DNA from: Heteronotia binoei | Taxonomy: Eukaryota | Reading direction: 5' to 3' | Assembly (NCBI RefSeq): GCF_032191835.1 | Contig: NC_083230.1 | Location: 65,968,001 to 66,032,000, forward strand | Length of the DNA stretch: 64,000 bases | Shown here: positions 1-11,560 of the stretch, piece by piece | Position numbering within the stretch: the stretch's first letter is position 1 | Layout: each line of letters begins with the position of its first letter | The notes under the pieces: generated by a model | What the model was told of the DNA's origin: nothing | Databases searched by the model: none | The model's input: only the letters and a program-made list of their open reading frames with translations | Translations under genes and position numbers: made by a program

Positions 1-516
1 TTATATTTAGCGTCATTCAAATCTGCAGGAAAATCTATGAGATTGATTTCTCTGTCAAAAACTAATTTAAGTGGATGTTCTAATGTTTGCAATAGGAAAG
101 TTTTACAGTGTTTTCATTCTATAGGTGACATGTTTGATCCACTTGAGAATGTGATAAAACTCTAACTAGACATCATGACTAATTGCAACTTTGAACAATG
201 TAAGGCGTCACAGACACAAAGCATATTAAGTACCACTGATTTCAATGGGCAATCACTAGGATTTAAGAGTGATTAATCACAGTTTGATCACACTCTTAAA
301 TTTTACCACTCAGGCTGTATTAGAGCACTTTATCAAAAAAATATGGCCCGCCTTTCTATTTGGGTAGAAAGGTGGTATAGAAATGTTTTAAAGAAATAAA
401 CAAGTGCAACAGCCTGAAAAAATTAATTACTTAATGTAGTAACTATACATCTGTAAATATCACAAATGCTGTCAGAAAAATAGGATAACAACACCGGAGT
501 TAACATTTCAACATAC

Positions 517-563
517 CTCTAATTCCTTTTCCAGTTTCATCACCTTGGTTTTTAAATGATTTT
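517..563 (-). CDS. CEP290: CEP290 coding exon 5 (47 nt; ENHLKTKVMKLEKELE); gene continues beyond the left edge of the window
   Basis: Reverse strand reads ttccaacag|AAAATCAT...GAATTAGAG|gtatgt; phase matches exon 4; peptide matches CEP290 ENQLKTKVMKLENELE as recalled. Confidence 0.93.
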
Positions 564-614
564 CTGTTGGAATAAAATAGAACACATAAAATTCACCAAA
601 TATATGTTTCAAAG

Positions 615-2335
615 TTTATTTTATTTATTTATTTATTTAGTGAATTTATAGTCCGCCCTTTCCCAAGATGGGCACAGGGCAGATTACAACACAATAAAAC
701 AGTTTAAATCATACAATAAAACATTTAAAAATTAAACAATTAAAACCATTAAATAAAATGAAGGCAGGGTCGGTGGTATAAACATCATTCACAAATTGAG
801 AGAGACAGGAATCATAGGTGTCTTGGATGTCAATTATCAACAGTGTCAACCTGGTCCCTGGTTATCAGGATGGTAGTCAATGCAGTCAGTGCAGGGAGGC
901 TGATTAGATGGTGTGAGGATGCCCTCCTGCCTCAGCCAAAAGCCTAGCGGAACAGCTCCATTTTGCAGGCCCTCCTGAATTGTAATAGTTCCAGTAGGGC
1001 CCAAATCTCCTTGGGGAGCTGATTCCACCAGGTTGGGGCCAGGGCCTAAAAGGCCCTGGCCCTGGTCGAGGCAAGCTGGACATCCATTGGGCCAGGGATA
1101 GTCAGAAGATGTTGGTTGGCCAATCATAGTGGCCCCCGGAGCTCGTATGGGGAGAGAAGGTCCCACAGGTATGTCAGTCCCAGGCCAAGTAAGGCTTTAA
1201 AAGTCAGTACTAGAACCTTGAAACAGATCTGGTACTCCATTGGTGGCCAGTGCAGACTGCGCAGCAACAGCCGACTGCCTGCCCAGTTCAGTCAGCAATC
1301 ATGCTGCTGCATTCTGCACCCGCTGGAGTTTCCAGATCAGTCCCAAGGGCAAGCCTGTATAGAGTGAGTTGTAGTAATCCTGGAAGTGACCATTGCATGG
1401 ATCGCTGTGGCTAGGTCCTGGGGAGTTTTGACCTACCGGAGATGGTAAAAGGCAGATAGTGCAACTGCTGTGACCTGGGTCTCCATAGAAAGGGTGGCAT
1501 TCAGCATCACACCCAAACTCCTCACCTTTTGAGCTGGCACAAGAGGTGCACCATCCAGCATGAGAAGTTGTAAACCCGATCTTATCCCCCCATAGCTCAG
1601 ACACAGGACTTCTATCTTGACTTCAGCCAGCTCAACTGTAACCAACCAGCCACTGCTTCCAATGCCCTGGTCAAATAGACTGGGGCAGAGTCTGAATGGC
1701 CGTCCATCAGCAGATAGAGCTGGGTGTCATCTGCATACTGGTGACAACCCAGTCCAAAACCTCTCGCAATCTGGGCAAGATGTTAAACATGTTAAACATA
1801 AACATGTTAAACACAGATGTTAAACATCATTGGTGAGAGAATAGCTCCCTGAGGAACACCACATTCTAGTGGATAATGCCGGGAGGTCTGCTTGCCAATT
1901 GCCACCCTTTGTTCCCGACCACAGAGAAAGGAGGAAAACCACTGTAAGGCTACCCCTTGAACTCCAATGTTGGCAAGGCGATGGGTCATTAGATCATAAT
2001 CGACCGTGTCAAACGCTGCTGTAAGATCGAAGAGCAGCAGCAGCAGCACTGACCCGCCTTGATCCAGATGCCTTCTAAGGTCATCAGTGAGGACGACCAA
2101 AGCAGTCTCCACCCTGTGACCAGGACGGAAGCTGGACTGAAATGGGTCAAGGACAGATGTATCTTCCAGGCAGACTTGGAACTGCTCAGCACCACTTTCT
2201 CAATTACCTTGCCCAGAAACGGTAAGTTCGAGACTGGGCGGTCATTGGCTGGGACCTTTGGGTCCAAAGATGGCTTTTTCAAAAGTGGGTGAATCACTGC
2301 CTCTTTAAGCTTGGCTGGAAATATCCCTGATAAGT
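615..2335 (-). mobile_element. 5'-truncated L2-clade LINE (RT fragment to 3' (AATA)n tail) in CEP290 intron 4
   Basis: Minus-strand peptides KEAVIHPLLKKPSLD, PVSNLPFLGKVIEK, LLFDLTAAFDTVD, CGVPQGAILSP; squamate L2 3' end GGGCGG..ATAAAT followed by an AATA tail. Confidence 0.88.
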
Positions 2336-2366
2336 TTGCAGAACAAACTTGGTGCAACCTCTAACT

Positions 2367-3495
2367 TTGTGTGTGTGTATGTACTTAGTGTCATCAGATT
2401 GCATGTGACTTACAGCAACCCGATGAATTACCTCCAAAATGTTCTGTCATTAACAGTCTTGCTCAGGTCTTGCAAACTGAGGGAAATGGCTTCTTTTGAG
2501 TCAATCCAACTCATGTTGGTTCTTCTTTTTTCTTGCAGCCTTCAACTTCCCTAGCATTATTGCGTTCTCCAGTGACTCGTTTTCTCATAATGTAAACAAA
2601 GTATGATAGCCTCATTTTAGTCATTTTAGCTTCTAGGGTGAGTTCAAACGATCTAAAACCTTCATTTTTTGGTGGTCCATGATATCCATAAAATTTTCCT
2701 CTAATACTACGTTTCAAATGAATCAACTTCCTTCTTGTCAACTTCTTTCACTGTCCAACCTTCACAGTCATAAGAGAGTAATGGGGGATACTATAGTACA
2801 AATTATCTTGATCTTGGTCATCAGTAACACATCCTTGCATTTAAGGATCTTTTTTAGCTTTTTCATGGCTACCCTTCCCAATCTCAATCTCCTTCTGATT
2901 TCTTGGTTGCAGTCTCCCTCTTGGTTGATGATTAACGTAATCAGATTAAGTCAAGGAACAGAAAATATTGAACAATTTCAGTTTCTTTATTGTAAACTGT
3001 GAAGTTGTGGAATTTCTCAGTAATCACTACTTTTGTCTTCTTGATATTCAGGTGTAATCCTGCTGTGGCACATTCTGCTTTAACCTTCATCAGTACTCAT
3101 TTCAAGTCTCCACTGTTTTCTGACAGTAATGTGGTAATATCTAGATTTGAAACCATTCTGTTTCTCCATATTCTGTCCTAAGAAGAGCCTCTTGGCCAGA
3201 GTACAAGTTGCACATCAGGCTAGGTTGTGGAATACCCAATTTTCTTTAAAACCAACCATAACTTTTCAAGAGCCATACAGTCAAAAGCTTTGCTGTACTC
3301 TATGAAACACAACCTGATTTTTTTCTGAAATCCTTTTGTATCCTTAAGTAAACAATGTAAATTTGCAATATGATCTCTAGAGCCTCTTTCTTTTCTGAAT
3401 TCAGTTTGAACACCTGGCATTTCTTGTTTCATTTAAGGTACCAGTCTTTGTTGTAAGGTTTTGAACATCACTTTACTTGCATGAGAAATTAATGT
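2367..3495 (-). mobile_element. Degraded RTE (BovB-like) LINE 3' portion
   Basis: Minus-strand EMPGVQTEFRKERGSRDHIANL...CFIEYSKAFD and LSYFVYIMRK; RTE-type 3' end with a (CA)n tail. Confidence 0.82.
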
Positions 3496-4138
3496 AACTA
3501 CATAAAAACTAAGTACATAATTGTAATGATCACAAAAACTCAGTATTAAAGCACAATTAGAAAGGAAACATGCTTTAAAGCAAACAACTCTAGACACAAC
3601 TTACTTATGTACTTGTGCACCCAATGATTTTAATTGAAGAAATATACTTGTGCTTATCTGCCTCTTATTGACATAGGTGTATTTTAAAATTCTGCAAGGG
3701 AGATATCTTAATATACCATACTCTGATAGAGTATGCAGTTGTGCTACACACAGTGCAGACACTCTATCATGTGACCTTTGAATGCAATTACTTTTCTAAA
3801 CCTAGAAAATTTTAAATTCTTATGCAAAACAATATGTTTGTTTTATATTTTCACCAAAATTCAAATGGAGTCTAGCTCTTTATATTTTACTAATCTTCTT
3901 AGAATGAATAAATTAAGAAGCAGTATGAGGAAAAGAGAGAGAAAAAACTGCTTAATATTTGGCTCAATCTTGCCCATTTGCTATCTTCTAAATGGACCTC
4001 CTTATGCTTGTTGGAAGAACAGGCTTTAAATATTGTAAACAAATAAACCTACTGTTCAAACATGTCATCTTGTTTGCCTGTTAAGAAATATACAATTGGA
4101 TGTATATGTGTGTTACTTATCCATGGAAGTGATTATAC

Positions 4139-4208
4139 CAGATTTGGCTTGCTCTTCCCCAGCTTTTTCAACTTCTTCCAAAGCCAGTGCTACTTCTTGA
4201 GTTTTCAT
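4139..4208 (-). CDS. CEP290: CEP290 coding exon 4 (70 nt; MKTQEVALALEEVEKAGEEQAKS)
   Basis: ggttatag|ATGAAAACT...AAATCTG|gtataa; matches CEP290 MKAQEVELALEEVEKAGEEQAKF. Confidence 0.95.
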
Positions 4209-5352
4209 CTATAACCAATATACAAAAAAAAAAGGGGGGGAGTTAATAAGAAAAACACTGAAGGCGATTTCACAAGAGTGCATTGTCCAAAATAAAAATA
4301 TGTTGTTATACATAAAGTTCAGACTCCTAACATTATCACACAGTTGACATGATCACAGTCACAAATTGGTCCACTAGTAATTGTAATGAAACCCAAGTCA
4401 CAGAAAGCAAATTAAAGAGCAGTAATATGTAATTCATTCTTGACTTACACACCCTGGAATACTCTATCAAATATCTTTTTCACAATATCTATAAGAATTA
4501 GCTGATAGGATTTGAGATCATAAGAAAACAACCCCAAGTTCTCTGCCAAACCATTAGCAGAAGCAAATGGAATTACTGCTGACACAGCTGCTGTTTTACT
4601 GTCACACCAGCCATTTGGCACTGCTTGGTGCAAGTCACTATGCATAAATAAACATTGCTAATTCTTGCAGTTCTGGCTTGTTCTCTACCACATATACAAG
4701 GACAATTGCTAACATGCTTAGAAGAGAAAGACTATAGCCAAACAGTTGTACTGGGTCAGGAAGACGGGAGCACCAAATATTGTTTAAATCATTCTGCTAA
4801 GATTCTTGTATATATTTTATCGTCATTATTTAACAATGAAATTGGTCTGTAGTTTTTTACATTCGTGACATCTCTATCCTATTTTGGAATCAACAAAATT
4901 ACTGCTTCCTTCCACTGTTTCCAAGTCTGCTATATCTTCCCTTCTTTCAGCAAGACCTTTGCCAAAACACAGAACCAAGACCCTTCCCTTTACCAGCCCA
5001 TGCCATCTTTATCAGTAGTGGTGTGCTACACAGCAAGCAAGCACACAGAGCAGTGAAAGTTGCTTATGTCACTTGCCATAATGAAGCAGTTATTCTATAA
5101 TGTGCAACAGTTCCTGGTTGTATACTGAAGCTTCTATGACTAGCTACTGACCCAGTGCATGTATTATCTATGTATACGATATAGACTGATCAATATATGT
5201 ATTATCTATCAAGTATTATCTTTTTCAGTCTTCCAGTGGCCATGCATGAAATTATGATACAGGCATTAATACCAGAGTTTACATTTCAAAATGCAAAATT
5301 CTTCTTAAAAGGCATATTGCTGTAGTAAAATGTATCAATATCAAATACATAC

Positions 5353-5430
5353 CTTCATTAATGACTGAGATATTTTAAAAAGTTGAATTAAATGTTCAGG
5401 ATTCTCTTCCTTCAGATTATTCCCATCAAC
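5353..5430 (-). CDS. CEP290: CEP290 coding exon 3 (78 nt; VDGNNLKEENPEHLIQLFKISQSLMK)
   Basis: tatttag|GTTGATGGG...TTAATGAAG|gtatgt; phase 0/0; similar to CEP290 ...HLFRITQSLMK. Confidence 0.93.
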
Positions 5431-5483
5431 CTAAATATACATAAGCAAAACATTCCATTACTATTAAGAACAGGAAACATTTT

Positions 5484-6825
5484 TAGAAGGCCATGGGAAA
5501 AAATTCGGCTGGCATGCCTACTTGTATTATGGGAAAAAGAAGATGGACGGTCTTTTCTCTCACCATTATATAAGGAGCAACTTACTAAATGTGTGGATAA
5601 AGTACAAGAAATATGGCGATGAGAGAAGACCTCTGTGGATAGTGCCGGCTGAAGTGATAAAGTTAACGGCCAAAACAGTTAAGGAAAAACAACTATCATA
5701 CAACCAACTACTAAAAATACAAAGTGGGAAAATAGAAATGAAAACTGCAGAAGAATTGAATTATAAATATGACTGGTTTCAAATGCAACAAATAAAAAGC
5801 TTGATGGAGAATGATATCAAAGCTGAAGGAATAAGGAAAGAGCAAACAGAAATGGAAAGAGTTCTGCTTGGAGATAATGAGAAATTAATTTCAAAAGTGT
5901 ACAAATTACTTTTACAATGGACTACAGAAGATGAAGTAGTGAAATCTCAAATGATAAAATGGGCAATTAATGTAAATAAAGAAATAAAGATGGAATCTTG
6001 GGAATATCTGTGGAAAAACTCTATGAAACTCGCAACATGTCATAGTATTAAAGAGAACTGTTTTAAGATGATGTATAGATGGTATATGACTCCAAAAAAA
6101 TTAGCAAAGATGAACAATAAGATGCCAGATAGGTGTTGGAAATGTAAAAAGCATGAAGGTTCTTTCTACCATATGTGGTGGACTTGTGAAAGAGCTAAAA
6201 TGTTTTGGCAGATGATTCAACAAGAGATATCTAAGATCCTAGGATATGAATTTAACAAAGAAGCAGAGACTTTTCTGCTGGGATTACAAATGGAAAAATT
6301 TCCAAAAGAAGATAGAACTTTAATATGGTACTTGCTCTCAGCTGCTAGGACATTGTATGCGCAGTTGTGGAAGCAAGAAAAAATACCAGAAAAATGGGAC
6401 TGGACTATAAAAGTTATGTCATGGAGTGAAATGGACAAGCTAACAAGAAAACTAAGAGACTGCGATTTAGAACTTTTTAATCGGGAGTGGAAGAAATTCA
6501 GAAGATATGTAGAAAAAGAGTGGAAAATAAAAGGACATTGGACAATTTTTGAAGATTAAGACCTTTAAGACAAGAATATAACTTTCGAAGGGGGGATCTT
6601 TTTCTTAATCAATTTTTGTTTTTTCTTGACAGTTAAAGGTACCTTTAATATCTGGTTTTTTTAAAAAAAAAAATAACACTGGCGGGGGTCAATTATTGGG
6701 GAGAGGGGTGGGAGAAAAGTAAGATGTGGGGTAGAATGATGTTTTTTTTTCACTTTAGGCTTTTTATAAGTTGTAGATATAGTTCTACTACCATATGTTA
6801 CTAATAAAAATTGTTTATACTGAAA
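5484..6825 (+). mobile_element. 5'-truncated L1 LINE (ORF2 C-terminus, ORF 5522-6559) with an 18-bp TSD, antisense within CEP290 intron 2
   Basis: CCHC motif RCWKCKKHEGSFYHMWWTC; AATAAA at 6803-6808; identical flanks AAGAACAGGAAACATTTT at 5466-5483 and 6826-6843. Confidence 0.93.
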
Positions 6826-6893
6826 AAGAACAGGAAACATTTTAATGTTGCTTTAAGATCTTAAGAATATCCTTATTATATCAGGTAATGTAC

Positions 6894-6995
6894 CGTGGCT
6901 ACTGTCTCCAGCAAATTATCGGCTAGCTCCTCTTGATGAGGCAAAGCATCAGGATCAACTTTCATAAGCTTCTTCCATTCTAAAAATGGTGCCAT
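6894..6995 (-). CDS. CEP290: CEP290 first coding exon (exon 2; ATG at 6995; MAPFLEWKKLMKVDPDALPHQEELADNLLETVAT); exon probably starts at 7014
   Basis: 102-nt CDS ending ACG|gtacat; acceptor cttgtggtag at 7015-7016; matches the CEP290 N-terminus WKEIMKVDPDDLPRQEELADNLL. Confidence 0.95.
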
Positions 6996-8079
6996 CTTCA
7001 GTTTTGGTCTGTTTCTACCACAAGAATAAAATAGTCAGTGTTAAAAGAAATTCATATGCATACATAAGACTCTTTTTGATCAATCTACAGAGGAAATGAC
7101 AGCTTCCTAGATATCATATTCCATAAGTAACAGAATGCAAACCGAATAATTAAGAACAGAAGTAAAAAAATCCTTGTGGTTATGTTCAGCTGCTTTAGCT
7201 AGATGCTACAGAACAGCATAGCTACCAGCAAAAGTTAAACTAAGCTCTTTACCCACTGAAAGCTTTCAAGATACAAAAGTGCTCAGGCAAACAGCATTCA
7301 TAGAAAAATTAAGTTGAGTGATTAATTAAACATTTGCCTGACCTATCCTGTCTCTGGATCATTATCATGCTGTTGGATAGTTAAATGCATTTTGCCAACA
7401 TACTCCAAGCTTCACTTGGTGAACCTACAGAAGTGCTGAGAGCACCCCAGCAAGAACAGGATCTTTTCTCTTCTTCAAGTGTTCATTTCTACCTCCTTTT
7501 CTCCTTTCAAGGGGATTCCTAGAAAGTCAAGTTGGTTTTTAAAGTCTGTAATAAGACTTCCATCTATAGTGACAAGGACAATACTAACAGCAACTAACAG
7601 CCAAAACCACTACTGGAGTACCTTCCAAGCAAAATAGATCTGTAGTGGCACTTCATTATTACAGATCTTGATACAGCTAACAAGGTCTCTGGGTAGCTGC
7701 AACTTTTTCAGTTTTTTATTATCCCCTAATACTAATGCTTTTTTTGTCTGTAATTTGGGAACTAAAGAAAACTGAATACATTTACTAACCCAGATGTACA
7801 TACTACACACAGAACGGACACAATTACTGGGTGTATCAACATGAAATTCAAGCCCAATGGTACCTAAGAGATCAGGATAAAAGTTTATTTTGTCAGGTTC
7901 AAATAAAAATGAAAATATATCAGTCCTTATAACCAGATCAGAAGGTAGGAGAGATGTTACCAGAAAGGGTCAGTTGGGAGTCAGAATGCAGAATTACAAT
8001 ACAAAAAGTAATCAGCTTGATTCAAGCAAGGAGATATATAGAGAGGTAAGAAATGTAGAAAATTAGCATTTATAACAAC

Positions 8080-8238
8080 CAGGGGTCGTTTTGTAGAAAA
8101 ATAGGTGGTGGAGCTCATCCATGGATTGTTATGCAGCTGTACCTACTATTCAATAGACAAGGTGGGAAGGAGGAAGCAAAACTCTCAGAAAGGTTCAGGA
8201 ACTCTGCTCTAATGAGTTCCCGCTGAATCCGAGGTCTG
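8080..8238. mobile_element. hAT-type MITE
   Basis: CAGGGGTC...GAGGTCTG ends; 8-bp flanks ATAACAAC / GTAATAAC (6/8 match). Confidence 0.55.
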
Positions 8239-9395
8239 GTAATAACACTCTATGTCAATATTCTGTGGGGGTGTGCATGTCTTGAACTTGTTAATTCTAT
8301 TTCCATATTCTCACATTGTGTGCATTCAGCTTGCAGACATCATTTCTATCACAGATATCTGTAGACTTATGCAATGGCATTTGACAAAAACCATTACTTG
8401 AAAAAGAAACTTATTATTTATTTTATTATTACTATTTATAATAGAAACTTTTCATTATTGCTTGATGGATTACATTAATTCACAGAAACCTGCTTTTACC
8501 TATTGGTTGTATTAATTCACAGAATTAATTACCATTTAGTCATAGAAGCCATCCTATTTCCTTCCAAAGACCAAAAAGTTATAGAAAGGTATGGGATCTT
8601 TTACAATACCATTTATCAATGTCAAATTGACAAGAATCAGTGTGATATGTGACCCAGCATGAAATAGTGGTTGAACTAAGGTTAAGACATTAGAGTTCCA
8701 ATTACCATCTCTGCCACACAATTCAAGGGATCTGCATGGACAAATGACTGTATATTGTAGTGCTATAGTGCTGTAGCATTCATTCACCTCCTGGATTGTC
8801 CTGTGTGTGCAAGAAAACTTATTGCCACAATCCACTATTCAGCAACCTGTAGATGCTGACTAACTGCTTGTTGACCTCTTGCATGTGCTCTCTCTTTCCG
8901 GGGCTGTCTGACTTGGGCCAGTTACCCTAATTTACATCACAGGGTTATTAAGAGGATAAATGGGAGAAGAGAGAGAAAACCAATTACATCACAATTCCTT
9001 AAAAAGGAGCAATTTAAAAATGGATAGCTATAGAAATTAATAGGGAAAAATGGACATCCACATAAACAAAAGTACAAGAAATGCGTTAGTATCTAAATTC
9101 AAGTTTTGCTGACACCCCGCCTCTCAGTCAGTAACGCAAGGGGGGAGGGTAGCAAGCAAAGCTTAAAACAGAAGCTTGTCCCGCCGCCTCTGAGAATGCT
9201 AAAACTGAGTACCACACACCTCTCCGACCACAGCAGCTCCAAACACTCCCTCAGATTTACTCCAAGGCCAGTAGGCTTGAGAACAGCAGCCACAACCCCC
9301 ACGACGAGACCAAGAGAAAGAAATCGGCTCCTGTTTCCCCCCTCTCCATCATCAGCATTGTATCGCGAGCGCCATCCATCGTTATCACTACTCAC

Positions 9396-9480
9396 CGCTT
9401 TCCGTAGCTGTTTACAAAACAGGGAGGAAGAGGAGGAAACCGCCGCTGCTAGGCGACAGCCTCAAACAATCCCAGCCAGC
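9396..9480 (-). other. CEP290: Probable CEP290 non-coding exon 1 (3' end 9396; 5' end uncertain)
   Basis: Strong minus-strand donor AAAGCG|GTGAGT at 9395 inside the CpG island; TSS cannot be determined from sequence. Confidence 0.6.
9445..9457. promoter_or_regulatory. RFX X-box-like motif (GCTGCTAGGCGAC)
   Basis: Near match to GTYRCC-N(0-3)-RGYAAC (reverse reads GTCGCCTAGCAGC); lies at the 5' end of a ciliary gene. Confidence 0.5.
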
Positions 9481-9533
9481 ACCACAAAAAAGAACCCGGA
9501 TACTCTTAAGTAAAGCGACCGACAAGTTAAATC

Positions 9534-9543
9534 TCCCGCGGGA
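9534..9543. promoter_or_regulatory. CGCG-element-like palindrome TCCCGCGGGA (variant of TCTCGCGAGA)
   Basis: Perfect 10-bp palindrome in the promoter; a second variant TATCGCGAGC lies at 9361-9370. Confidence 0.35.
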
Positions 9544-9705
9544 CTACCCAGCCAACAAGTCCCAGTAAACTTTGCGAAGAAGTTTTAGAAACCGACAGCA
9601 AGACGGAATTCCAAAAAGAGCATCCAGAACTGAATCCCGTTTGAGGTGAACTGTAGGATACTATTACTGGCGAGGAAATTATATCTTGGAGAAGTAAGAC
9701 AGAAG

Positions 9706-9724
9706 ACTACATTTCCCAAGATGC
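9706..9724 (+). promoter_or_regulatory. ZNF143/Staf (SBS) motif ACTACATTTCCCAAGATGC
   Basis: Canonical ACTACAnnTCCCAnnATGC, a motif enriched at bidirectional promoters. Confidence 0.8.
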
Positions 9725-9849
9725 TCTACGCCTTTCAAGAAATATGGTCTGGTGTTAGCCTCCGCTTGGAATGCTGGGGTTCGGAGTCAGGGCAGTAGTT
9801 TTATCCCAACATTCTTATCGGTCTCTTTTGTGTGCGCTTGCGCAGCATG

Positions 9850-9962
9850 GGAGGTAGTTTCCGTTCGTTTGCTGTAGGGTTAGATTTGAGGGACTGAGAT
9901 AGGGCTGAAGCGGCAACGGAATGAAACATGGCGGGGAGCGTATCAGTCTCTGACATACCCAG
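9850..9962 (+). other. TMTC3: Probable TMTC3 non-coding exon 1 (3' end 9962; start uncertain); includes a YY1-like AACATGGCGG at 9926-9935
   Basis: Strong donor CCCAG|GTAAGC at 9963; an alternative donor GAA|GTAAGA at 9694 is also possible. Confidence 0.6.
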
Positions 9963-10639
9963 GTAAGCATGCGCGTGTGGGGGAATCTTAGATCAGCGCC
10001 CTGCAATAAACTGGGATTTGTGAGTGTCCTACAAAAATGATGTGGAAGGTTGGAATGAGATCTTGATGCTGCTGGGCTTCGTGCCTTTTCTAAAACGGTG
10101 AGATAAACCTGAGCCTCTTGCTTTAGAAATTTAAACGTGAGCAATTCTTCTGCCATATAATATGGCGTCACCGCACAAGCCTTTATGACTTATTAAAAGA
10201 GTGTCTGGTTATGGTCTTTTGTATCAGGCTTTTATTGTCCATGGAGCGTGCTGAGTTCTCCCATTTTGTCTTTGCAACAATCATATGAGGTAATATCCAT
10301 GTAATTGTAGAGAACAAAGTAACATCTCTTGGGGAGGGACGTAAAGAAAAAGATGGGAGGTACCACTGAGGCCAGGGGTGCCGAACTCATTTGTTATAAG
10401 GGACGGATCTGACATAATTATCACTTTGTCAGGCCAGATACAGGCAAACCCAATTAGTGATAATAGTTTTTTCTCACAATACAAATATGCTTTAAATGTA
10501 AGAGCACAAACAGAGCCCTGTTGGATCAGACCACTGGTCCATCTAGTCCAGCATTCTGTCTCATGGTGGCCAACTAGTTCCTCTTAGTCTACACAATATT
10601 CCAAATGAGTCTGCCCCATAGATCTATACAGGGGCATTA

Positions 10640-11060
10640 TAATATTTATTTATTGAATTCTATTTATATCCCGTCATTCCTGCTGAAGCAGACTCAGGGC
10701 AGCAAACAAGGCCAATAGGCAAATTAAATACATTAAAACCAGTTAAAAACCAATTACAATTACAGCATTAACAGCCAGTCTAGAGACCAGACTCTATAGT
10801 GATCAGTTCAATTTTGTCTAGACAAGATACAGGCTCAGTATGACTAGGCAGACGTGACAAATTTAGTCAAAAGCTTGGTGGAAGATCTGTCTTGCAGGCC
10901 TGCTGAACTCTAATAGATCCCACAGGGCCCTAACCTCTTCAAGGAGCTCATTCCACCAGCATGGGCCTGCAACCGAGAAGGCCCTTGCTCAAATTGCAGC
11001 CAGCCTTGCTTCTCTGGGTAAGGGATAGAGAGGTTTTGAAACCCAGAACCTAGTACTCTT
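10640..11060 (-). mobile_element. L2 3' fragment
   Basis: Similar to the L2 3' end at 615-1100. Confidence 0.65.
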
Positions 11061-11094
11061 TGGGGAACACGTCAGCTCTTAATATCAGCTGTTT

Positions 11095-11281
11095 CATATG
11101 AAGCTGCTTTATACTGAATCAGACCCTTAGTCCATCAAATTCAGTATTGTCTACTCAGACTGGCAGCGGCTCTCCAGGGTCTCAAGCTGAGGTTTTTCAC
11201 ACCTATTTGCCTGGACCCTTTTTTGGATTGAACTTGGGACCTTCTGCTTACCAAGCAGATGCTGAGCCACTGTCCTTCCCC
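11095..11281 (-). mobile_element. tRNA-derived SINE (Squam2-like), internally deleted
   Basis: Reverse complement of the copy at 29594-29803. Confidence 0.8.
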
Positions 11282-11354
11282 TTTCATTCTCAGTTCCTTT
11301 CCTAATCATCCCTAATTTAAGAGTTTGTCTTTTTTTTTTTTTTGTGGAAGCACA

Positions 11355-11560
11355 CTGTGCTAGAAAATAGGAGTAGCCATGTTGGGTCAGACTAATGGCC
11401 CATCCAATCCAAGACCCTGTTTCTCTGACTCGCTGGCTACAGCAATCTCTCCTCAGCCAAAGCCCAGGTGCTCTCAGGAGGTCCAACAGCAGGGCCAGAA
11501 CTCTAGAAGCCCTCCCACTGTTGCCCTCCAAGCCCCAAGAATACAGAGCATCACACAGGA
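11355..11560 (-). mobile_element. CR1 3' tail fragment
   Basis: Matches the CR1 3' UTR at 18246-18360 and 26900-27090. Confidence 0.65.

Larger units (their letters stand above)
9100..10180. promoter_or_regulatory. CpG island / bidirectional CEP290-TMTC3 promoter
   Basis: CpG-rich stretch in an AT-rich, CpG-poor background, between divergent donors at 9395 (-) and 9963 (+). The head-to-head arrangement is known in human. Confidence 0.88.

Noticed and set aside
1-40. Minus-strand ttttcctgcag as a possible CEP290 exon 6 acceptor
   Set aside because: The downstream sequence gives ATT TGA and does not resemble the expected MAQQSAGG peptide.
1780-1827. Short ATGTTAAAC tandem amplification
   Set aside because: Local slippage within a dead L2 copy.
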